Shown here piece by piece: positions 57,210 through 64,000 of a stretch of 64,000 bases of DNA. The stretch comes from Candidatus Latescibacterota bacterium (GTDB lineage: Bacteria > Latescibacterota > UBA2968 > UBA8231). Location: the NCBI GenBank assembly GCA_965242865.1, contig CBDETK010000013.1:4288001-4352000 (forward strand), written 5' to 3'. The number at the start of each line of letters is the position of its first letter. Positions within the stretch are counted from its first letter, which is position 1. The notes below the pieces were generated by a model, which was not told the origin of the DNA, did no database searches, and worked only from the letters and a program-made list of their open reading frames with translations. The position numbers were made by a program, and so were the translations under genes.

Positions 57210-58409
57210 ATGAATATATACCAAGAACTAGGCGTCGAGCCGATTATCAACGCCGTAGGGCCGGCGACGCGATTGAGTGGATCCATTATGCGCCCGGAGG
57301 TGGCCGAGGCCATGCGGCAGGCTTCGGAGTGCTGCGTGGATATAGCGCAAATGCAGGCGCGGGCCGGGGAAGTGATCGCCGAGGTCACGGGTGCCGAGGC
57401 CGGGTATGTGACCAGTGGGGCCGCGGCGGGCTTGTTGCTGGGGACAGCCGCTTGCGTGACCGGATTGGATCCGGGAAAGATGAATCGCTTGCCGGATACG
57501 TCCGGGATGAAAAACGAAGTGATCATGGCGCGCAGCCACCGAAATTTCTACGACCACGCAGTGCGCTCGGTGGGGATCGAACTGGTGGAGGTGGGGATCG
57601 CCGACCGCTTTTCCGGGGCGGGTGTGCGCGATGCCGAAGGATGGGAGATCGAGGCGGCGATTGGCGAGCGGACGGCGGCCATCGTGTACGTGGCGTACGC
57701 GCACACGCAGCCAGCGCTGGAGGTGGTGGTGGCCGCGGCGCGCAAGGGTGGGGTGCCGGTGATCGTGGATGCGGCTGGGCAGTTGCCGCCGGCGAGCAAC
57801 TTGCAGCAGTTTATCGCGGCTGGGGCCGATCTGGTGGCCTTTAGCGGCGGCAAGGCACTCGGTGGGCCGCAGGCTTCGGGGATTTTGTGCGGTCGGCGGG
57901 AGTTGATCGCCGCGGCCGCGCTACAGCACCAAGACCTCGACGTGATGCCCGAGTTGTGGGACCCGCCGGCGAGCTTGATCGACAAGTCGCAGCTACCCGG
58001 TGCTCCGCAGCATGGCATTGGGCGGCCCTGCAAGGTCGGCAAGGAGGAGATCGCGGGATTGGTGAAGGCGCTGCGTCTTTTTGTGGCCGAAGACCCGGGG
58101 GCGCGGCGGCAGCGCTGGCAGGTGCTGATGGAGGAACTGGTCGCCGCGTGTGGTGCGTTGCGCTGTGCTGAGATCGCGGTGGCAGCCGACCGCAAGCGCA
58201 CCGAGATTCCGACTGCGCGGTTGGTGCTCGACGAGGAGGCCGCGGGCATGACGGCACTGGAACTGGTCAAAGCGCTACAGGAAGGCCAGCCCCAGATCGC
58301 TGCGAATCCAACAGATGTTTACGAAGGGGTCGTGATTTTTGGGCCGATGTGCCTCAAGGAGGGCGAGCCGGAGCAGATTGGGCGTCGGCTGCGGGAACTG
58401 CTCGGCTGA
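57210..58409 (+). CDS. SelA-like PLP enzyme (DgaE / D-glucosaminate-6-phosphate ammonia-lyase family)
   Basis: IINAVG..T.LSGS, TSGAAAG, VDAA, FSGGK.LGGPQASG, GIGRPCKVGKEE; 399 aa, lacks the SelA N-terminal domain. Confidence 0.85.
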   Translation: MNIYQELGVEPIINAVGPATRLSGSIMRPEVAEAMRQASECCVDIAQMQARAGEVIAEVTGAEAGYVTSGAAAGLLLGTAACVTGLDPGKMNRLPDTSGMKNEVIMARSHRNFYDHAVRSVGIELVEVGIADRFSGAGVRDAEGWEIEAAIGERTAAIVYVAYAHTQPALEVVVAAARKGGVPVIVDAAGQLPPASNLQQFIAAGADLVAFSGGKALGGPQASGILCGRRELIAAAALQHQDLDVMPELWDPPASLIDKSQLPGAPQHGIGRPCKVGKEEIAGLVKALRLFVAEDPGARRQRWQVLMEELVAACGALRCAEIAVAADRKRTEIPTARLVLDEEAAGMTALELVKALQEGQPQIAANPTDVYEGVVIFGPMCLKEGEPEQIGRRLRELLG

Positions 58410-58579
58410 AACGGTGCTCTGAGCGCAAGCGAAAAGGCAGGAAAGCTGAACCGTTGACCGCGTTGGGTTAAGGCGATTTTAGACTGCGAGCAAGCAGTCG
58501 ATTTTTGTTGACGCGGCTCCATCTCGTCCTGTATGTTCATAAGAACACCCCCAAACCCCACGAAAGGAGAGCAGTGATT

Positions 58580-58918
58580 ATGGCTACTGTGCCCCCGACG
58601 ATTGAAGAGCGTCTAGCCCGGCTCGAAGGCGTGTACGATCACCTTGCATCCAAAGCAGACCTTGCTGAGTTGAGAGCGGTCTTAAAGGACGATATTGCAC
58701 GCTTACAGGCTGGTACTGCGCGGGTAGAGAGCGGCCTCAAGGAGGATATTGCGCGCTTGCAGGCCGAGATTACGCGGATTGAGAGCGGCCTCAAAGATGA
58801 TATTGCGCGCTTACAGGCCGAGATGGCCGAGCTCAAGGGGAGCGTCAAAATTCTGGTTGTAGTGATGACTTCCGGTTTAGCTCTGCTGAATATCGTTTTG
58901 CGGTTCTGGCCTTCGTAA
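58580..58918 (+). CDS. Coiled-coil protein with C-terminal TM anchor (DUF1640/CCDC90/Bdr-like)
   Basis: RBS AAAGGAG; HLASKADL neck motif, three LK[DE]DIARLQA repeats, hydrophobic C-terminus. Confidence 0.8.
   Translation: MATVPPTIEERLARLEGVYDHLASKADLAELRAVLKDDIARLQAGTARVESGLKEDIARLQAEITRIESGLKDDIARLQAEMAELKGSVKILVVVMTSGLALLNIVLRFWPS
58681..58826 (+). repeat. Intragenic 54-bp tandem repeat
   Basis: GATATTGC anchors at 58691, 58745 and 58799. Confidence 0.85.
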
Positions 58919-59038
58919 GCCCGCGCCTACGCTGAAAGCGTAATTCCACGACGTCGCCGCCGGCGATCTCCGCGGCAAAACGCCACTCCGACGACAGCCA
59001 AATCCGCGCTGCCTTCCTATTCATACACGTAAATACTA

Positions 59039-60013
59039 CTAAAACTTCGCCCCCCAGTAAGCGGCACCGAGCAGCGCGGTCTTGTCGTTGAGTACGACGT
59101 GGACGGGCATGGACGCGAGGGGCGTGCTCATGCGGCCCTTGTCCATAAAGCCCTCCATAAAGCGGCCGTCGCGCAACTTGGCGAGAATTTTGGGCGCGAT
59201 GCCCCCGCCGACGAAAACCCCCCCCGACGACATCAGCTTTAGTGCCAAGTTCCCCGCCTCGCGGCCATAGAGGAGCGCGAACAGATCGAGGGCCGTTACG
59301 GCCAGCGCAGAGTGGCCTTCGAGGCCGGCGCGTGCGATGGCGTCGGCGCGGTCAGGCGGTGTGGCCGCTGGGGCCAAAGAGGCGTCCGTGCGGTCGGGAT
59401 GCCGAGTACACAGAAAGTCGTAGATCGCGGCCAAGCCTTGGCCCGACAGCACCCGTTCCCAGCTAACGTGGCCGTAGTGCTCGTTGAGAAAACGCCAGAG
59501 CGCGACTTCGAGCGCGGAACTCGGCCCAAAGGTCGAGTGGCCGCCCTCGGAAGCAATGGCTGCGTAGCTCCCTGCGGCCCAGCACAAGCCGCCCTCGCCC
59601 AGCCCGGTGCCGGCGGCAATGACGGCGATGTTGCCCGTTGGGTCGCGCCGACCTTCGTTGAGCGGACACAGGTCGTCCGGCCCCAGTGCCAAGGTGCCGT
59701 AGGAAGTCGCTTGCAGGTCGTTGAGTAGATGAACGTCGGTCCCGTTGAGCACGGCCGAAATTTCGCTGGGGTCGATGAGCCAAGGCAGGTTGACGGCGCG
59801 GACGGGAAGCTGATGGACGGGGCCGGGCACGCCCAAGACCGTGCGGCTGGGCACGATTTGCGCCTCGTCGGCAAAGGCTTTGATCAGCGCCCCGGCACTG
59901 GGGTAGGACGCCGTTTGGTAGCGTCGCTCGACCAAGGGGTTGAAGCCTTGGGCGGCTGGGTCAAAGGCGGCGAGGTACGTTTTGGTGCCGCCGACATCAC
60001 CGGCGATAATCAC
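59039..60013 (-). CDS. glk: Glucokinase
   Basis: GDVGGTKT, GVPGP, LLNDLQA, AGTGLG, SEGGH, ERVLSG, GGGIAPK; GTG 60013 preferred over TTG 60034. Confidence 0.95.
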   Translation of the reverse strand: MIIAGDVGGTKTYLAAFDPAAQGFNPLVERRYQTASYPSAGALIKAFADEAQIVPSRTVLGVPGPVHQLPVRAVNLPWLIDPSEISAVLNGTDVHLLNDLQATSYGTLALGPDDLCPLNEGRRDPTGNIAVIAAGTGLGEGGLCWAAGSYAAIASEGGHSTFGPSSALEVALWRFLNEHYGHVSWERVLSGQGLAAIYDFLCTRHPDRTDASLAPAATPPDRADAIARAGLEGHSALAVTALDLFALLYGREAGNLALKLMSSGGVFVGGGIAPKILAKLRDGRFMEGFMDKGRMSTPLASMPVHVVLNDKTALLGAAYWGAKF

Positions 60014-60086
60014 AAGGAGCTCCACTTTCTCCAAGCCGCGCCGACCGGATAGAAGGGGACTGGGCTGCGTTCGTTGTTAGACAAAT

Positions 60087-60115
60087 AAAAAAGGCCACAG
60101 CGTCCGCCATGGCCT
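60087..60115 (-). terminator. Intrinsic terminator in the glk upstream region
   Basis: Minus strand AGGCCATGGCG-GA-CGCTGTGGCCT followed by a T-run. Confidence 0.55.
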
Positions 60116-60251
60116 CCCACACCGCCTCGTGTGAGTTGTCCAAATATACAAGCGTGGGCGCAAATCAACAAGCCGATTGCGCCGCTCAAGGCGTGGTGCG
60201 CGGACGCCCGGCCGTTGCTATATTACGCAGTTAGCTTTTGAGCGAGGAAAT

Positions 60252-61193
60252 ATGAATCGGTATTTGGTCACGGGTGGGGCGGGGTTTATTGGTTCTCACC
60301 TCTGTCAGCGCTTGTGTGCAGAAGGGTACGCAGTGCGAGTTCTGGACGATTTGAGCACGGGCCGGCGCGAAAACTTGGCCGCTATCCGCGACGAGATAGA
60401 GTTCGTCGAGGGCGACATCCGCGACGCGGCCTTGCTGGCCGAGGTGGTGCAGCAGGTCGATTGCGTCCTGCACCAAGCCGCCATCGGCTCAGTGCCCGCT
60501 TCGGTCGAGCAACCCCTCGTCGATCAGGCGGTCAACGCCGTGGGTACGCTGCAGCTGTTGGAAGCGGCGCGGCAAGCCGGGGTCGGCCGCGTGGTTTTTG
60601 CCAGTTCGGCCGCCGTGTATGGCAACAACCCGCAAATGCCCAAGCGCGAGGACATGCCGCCCGAGCCCGAGGCCCCCTACGCGATCTCCAAGGCCATGGG
60701 CGAACACTACGCCCGCGTGTACAGCCAGACGTACGGTCTGGAGGTGGTTGGCCTGCGCTACTTCAATGTCTTTGGTCCGCGGCAGGTGCCGTCTTCGCCG
60801 TACTCGGGCGTCATCTCGATTTTTGTCGAGCGGATGCGCGCCGGCGAGGCGCCCACCATTTTTGGCGACGGCCACCAAGTGCGCGATTACGTCTATGTCG
60901 GCGATGTGGTAGAGGCCAATATGAGGGCCAGTACTACTCCGGGCGTTGCCGGGCGGATGTACAATATCGGCGGCGGCCGCAGCGCGTCGCTGCTCGAATT
61001 GATCGCCGCGCTCAACCAAATTTTGGCGACCGAGTTGACGCCGGTGTTCGCCGCGCCGCGCGTGGGGGATATCCGCTTCTCGTCAGCCGATATATCGCGC
61101 GCCCGGGCCGAGTTGGGGTACGAGCCGCGGGTTGGGCTGGTCGAGGGGTTGGAGCGGACCATTGCGGCGCACGGCAATAAGAGGGATCGCTAG
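60252..61193 (+). CDS. NAD-dependent nucleotide-sugar epimerase (WbpP/GalE-like extended SDR)
   Basis: TGGAGFIGSH, HQAA, SSAAVYG, YAISK, LRYFNVFGPRQ. Confidence 0.93.
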   Translation: MNRYLVTGGAGFIGSHLCQRLCAEGYAVRVLDDLSTGRRENLAAIRDEIEFVEGDIRDAALLAEVVQQVDCVLHQAAIGSVPASVEQPLVDQAVNAVGTLQLLEAARQAGVGRVVFASSAAVYGNNPQMPKREDMPPEPEAPYAISKAMGEHYARVYSQTYGLEVVGLRYFNVFGPRQVPSSPYSGVISIFVERMRAGEAPTIFGDGHQVRDYVYVGDVVEANMRASTTPGVAGRMYNIGGGRSASLLELIAALNQILATELTPVFAAPRVGDIRFSSADISRARAELGYEPRVGLVEGLERTIAAHGNKRDR

Positions 61194-61194
61194 C

Positions 61195-62370
61195 GTGCCA
61201 ACCATCGTCGATGGCAAAAAGCGCATCCCCTTTATGCGGGGGATGCTGGTACACTACCTCATTGAGCGCGGCTTCGGCTACGAAGACGCCCGCGCTGTGG
61301 CCAATGCGGTGCGGGTGTCGTTGGGGAAAGCAGAGCTCGTGCGCAAAAAGGACATGGTGCAACTCGTCGGTAAGGCCATTCGCAAGGGGTTCGGCCCGTA
61401 CGAGGCCGGCGACCTAATTTTCTGGGAGCGCCAGCCCACCACCATCATCGTCGAGGGCAAGAGTGGGTCGCGGCCTTTTTCCAAGGAGTTGCTGTCAAAT
61501 TCCATTCAGGCGTCTGGGCTGTCGCCAGATCAGAGCTACGAGATTGCACAGACGATTGAAGCCCGCTTGATAGACCAGCGCCGCCAGCACATCGCGCACT
61601 CGGAGTTGGAGGAGCTGGCGGCCGAACTGATCGAAACGTCCTTTGACAAGTCCTTTGCCGAGCGCTACCGCTTGTGGCATGCTTGGGGCGACGTCGATAA
61701 ACCCCTGATCATCCTCATCGGGGGTGCCAGTGGGGTGGGCAAGACCACGTTGGCGATTTCACTGGCCAACTTGCTCAATATTCCTCGGGTGGTAGCGACC
61801 GACGATTTGCGCCAAGTCATGCGCTTGACGCTGGCGCAGGAGCTGATGCCGGCCCTGCATACCTCCTCGTACACCGCGTGGAAGGTTGCTCCGGCGGTCG
61901 GTCATCTCGACGCGGTCATTGCCGGGTTTCTAGAGCAGGCGCGCAGCGTCTGCATTGGGGTCAAGGCCATCATCAGCCGCTGCATTGAGGAAAACACCAG
62001 CGTCATCATCGACGGCGTACACCTAATCAGCGACCTGCTGGGCTTAGAGGGATACGCTGGCGATGCCTTTATCACGCCAGTCTGTTTGGAGCTTCCCGGG
62101 CGCGCGGCCCTTGAGAATCGCTTTGCCCAGCGCGCCAGCGAGGCGCCGTCGCGCGCGGCCCATCGCTACATGGAGCACTTGGAGGATATTCTCAAAATTC
62201 AGGACTATCTCGTCGAAACGAGTGCCGCCCACGGCATTCCCGTGATTACCACGACCTCGGTAGAGAGCCTGACCAGCGAGGCCGCCATCGCGGTGAGCGA
62301 GCAGCTGCAGGAGCAGGAGGAAATCCGCAAAGCCCTGAGTGTGCTCCGCAAAAAGCGCGCGGCCCGGTGA
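61195..62370 (+). CDS. 2-phosphoglycerate kinase-like protein (ATP-cone-like domains plus P-loop)
   Basis: PFMRG.L and PFSKELL cone-like starts; LIGGASGVGKTT, TDDLRQVMR, LHTSSY, IIDGVH; GTG start. Confidence 0.82.
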   Translation: MPTIVDGKKRIPFMRGMLVHYLIERGFGYEDARAVANAVRVSLGKAELVRKKDMVQLVGKAIRKGFGPYEAGDLIFWERQPTTIIVEGKSGSRPFSKELLSNSIQASGLSPDQSYEIAQTIEARLIDQRRQHIAHSELEELAAELIETSFDKSFAERYRLWHAWGDVDKPLIILIGGASGVGKTTLAISLANLLNIPRVVATDDLRQVMRLTLAQELMPALHTSSYTAWKVAPAVGHLDAVIAGFLEQARSVCIGVKAIISRCIEENTSVIIDGVHLISDLLGLEGYAGDAFITPVCLELPGRAALENRFAQRASEAPSRAAHRYMEHLEDILKIQDYLVETSAAHGIPVITTTSVESLTSEAAIAVSEQLQEQEEIRKALSVLRKKRAAR

Positions 62371-62446
62371 CGCCCGCTCGTTGGTTCGCCCCGTGCTCGA
62401 TTGTATTGTATATTCCAAAAGCGGTTAAACGCGCAACCAAGTTAGG

Positions 62447-62896
62447 ATGGCAATGCTAAACAAAAAGAAGAAAGGGGCTGCCGCTGCCAGCAACGGCCAA
62501 GCACTCAATACGATTATCGGCCGAGGTAGCTGCTTTGAAGGCAAGTTGACGGTGGAAAACAGCGTCCGAATAGACGGCGTATTCAAGGGCGAGCTGATCT
62601 GCACCGGGGAGCTGACGATCAGCCAGTCGGGCGAGGTGGATGCTGCTGTGCAGTGCAAAAACGCGTACATCGATGGCGTCGTAAATGGGTCCGTGCGCGC
62701 CGATAAGGTGCGGTTGGATACGCAGACGCGCTTTACCGGCGACGTGCATACGGACTCGTTTACGGTTTCCGAGGGTGCGATCTTCCACGGCTCTTGTTCG
62801 ATGGAACGCAAGAAGAAGAGCGAGCCGCCGCCGGGTGCCGACGCTGCGGCCAAGCCCTCAGTGCCGAAGACTGGCCCCCAAGTCCAAAAGAAATAG
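62447..62896 (+). CDS. Bactofilin (polymer-forming cytoskeletal protein, CcmA family)
   Basis: TIIGRG..FEGKL, VRIDG.FKG, IDG.VNG, EGAIFHGSCSM. Confidence 0.93.
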   Translation: MAMLNKKKKGAAAASNGQALNTIIGRGSCFEGKLTVENSVRIDGVFKGELICTGELTISQSGEVDAAVQCKNAYIDGVVNGSVRADKVRLDTQTRFTGDVHTDSFTVSEGAIFHGSCSMERKKKSEPPPGADAAAKPSVPKTGPQVQKK

Positions 62897-62921
62897 CGTT
62901 TTCCCCCCTCGTTTTCGCGTG

Positions 62922-62962
62922 AAAAATCCATCGGCACCGCGCACGGTCGATGGATTTTTTTT
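62922..62962. terminator. Intrinsic terminator (possibly bidirectional)
   Basis: AAAAATCCATCGGC / GTCGATGGATTTTT stem with T-run. Confidence 0.75.
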
Positions 62963-62969
62963 ATTGTCC

Positions 62970-64000
62970 ATGAGCCAACGAGACCATCCCGCGTCCAAGC
63001 GCCGCCGCCACCGCCGCTCGGCCCCCATAGAGGAGATCGCGGTCCCCCCGAGTACTCGGCAACCACCGGCAAAAGGCGCGGGGTCGATGCGAGGCTGGTG
63101 GCGCGCGTCGCCGGTGTTCCGCGCGTACATCTTTCTCGGCAGCATTGCCGCCATTTTGGCCTTCCTACTGTACAACGAGCTGATCATCGCCGAATTGCGC
63201 GAACACGAAAAGAGCCGGGTCGATCTCTACGTGCACCTGATCTCGTTCACCCCTCAGGCATCGGAAGGCCAGATTCCCACCCTCTTCACCGAGGTGATCA
63301 CCAAGGTGGATTTTCCGCGCATCATCACCAATCACCGCGGCGAGATCATTCAGGCCGAGGGCATTGATACGTCGAGTTTCTGGGACCACTGGGCATTTTG
63401 GCGCAGGGAAGCGGCAGACGCGGACGCCGCTTCAACCGCTCAGTTGTACGAGCTAATCGAGGAAATGGACCGCCAGAACCCGCCGATTCCCTTTTATTGG
63501 TCGCCCGAGACCTTGGGGCGGCTCTACCGCGAGGAAGGCCGCGTCATCGTCGCGGATACGCAGGGGGCCGTTGCGGTGTGGCAGGGAACGGGCCTGCCCG
63601 CGAGCCGCGACTCTTCGGCGGCCGCTCGCGCCGAGGTGCAACGAGCGTTGCCGGCGCTGGAGGCCGGAGAACCGCTGGCCTTCAGCATACCGGCCGCTGG
63701 CTTGAGTTACCTGCATTGGGACGGGACCAACGCGGTCATCACAGACGCCGAGGGCCAATTTAGGGCTTGGGTCGGGGCTGGGTTGCCGCTTCTGAGCGAC
63801 GCCCCTAGCCAAGCGTCCCAAGAGCAGCTCCGGGCCTTTGTCGATAGCTTGGCCAGCCAACGCGCGCCGCTGGCGTTCAGGATCCCGACCGAGCACTACA
63901 TCCACTACGGCGATACGAGCTTAGTCGGCCGCATTTCTCTGGCCCCTTTCGTGCAGAGCGGCGTGTTGTTTCTCTTTCTGCTCGTCGGCTACATTGGCTA
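62970..64000 (+). CDS. Membrane sensor, probable histidine kinase N-terminus (3'-truncated by window)
   Basis: Open frame from ATG 62970 to the window end; TM1 YIFLGSIAAILAFLLY, periplasmic region, HYGD...APFVQ and TM2 as in FCB sensor kinases; kinase core not in window. Confidence 0.65.
   Translation, partial: MSQRDHPASKRRRHRRSAPIEEIAVPPSTRQPPAKGAGSMRGWWRASPVFRAYIFLGSIAAILAFLLYNELIIAELREHEKSRVDLYVHLISFTPQASEGQIPTLFTEVITKVDFPRIITNHRGEIIQAEGIDTSSFWDHWAFWRREAADADAASTAQLYELIEEMDRQNPPIPFYWSPETLGRLYREEGRVIVADTQGAVAVWQGTGLPASRDSSAAARAEVQRALPALEAGEPLAFSIPAAGLSYLHWDGTNAVITDAEGQFRAWVGAGLPLLSDAPSQASQEQLRAFVDSLASQRAPLAFRIPTEHYIHYGDTSLVGRISLAPFVQSGVLFLFLLVGYIG

Noticed and set aside
57210-58409. True selA
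   Set aside because: Lacks the SelA N-terminal domain, carries DgaE-type GIGRxxKVGKE, and no selB or selC is nearby.
58691-58826. CRISPR array
   Set aside because: Repeats are in-frame coding units without unique spacers; no cas genes in the window.
58947-59030. Ankyrin-like remnant HDVAAGDLRGKTPL
   Set aside because: Too short, no start codon, and needs a frameshift to continue; could be chance.
1-64000. Numerous long antisense and alternate-frame ORFs in the track
   Set aside because: Expected in high-GC DNA; they overlap well-supported genes and lack motifs or RBSs.

Overview
GC-rich bacterial chromosomal window. Gene content points to the FCB superphylum, most likely a Latescibacterota-like lineage (inference from ptsH-ptsI-metK order, group II GGGP synthase, CRTAC1/TPR lipoproteins, FlgD-Ig/TPNGDG-tailed proteins and W-x-x-I-K C-terminal tails). 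Housekeeping genes (alaS 3' end, ptsH, ptsI, metK, htrA, hemH, glyA, glk, xylulokinase, bactofilin) are interspersed with accessory cassettes: two lower-GC Panacea (DUF4065) antitoxin plus membrane-protein pairs sharing a 35-bp upstream motif, a cusCBA-type efflux operon and a CopA-type ATPase, a lower-GC island (unknown 586-aa protein, unlisted 56-aa NQLNPNN protein, beta-CASP nuclease), a deleted DUF4143 ATPase and a Schlafen/AlbA_2 protein. Best candidates for undescribed biology: (1) a 16-kb minus-strand cell-envelope locus (parvulin chaperone, CBM9-like protein with a short sorting tail, lipoprotein, three paralogues with T9SS-type-B-like tails, a probable outer-membrane barrel, CRTAC1 and TPR lipoproteins); (2) a Cys-rich leader ORF whose stop is followed by a 10-nt sequence complementary to the cusC ribosome-binding site; (3) a shared C-terminal T-[AS]-V-x4-W-A-x-I-K tail; (4) the beta-CASP island. 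No rRNA, tRNA, CRISPR array or transposase was recognised. All family assignments come from motif recognition by eye, not database searches.
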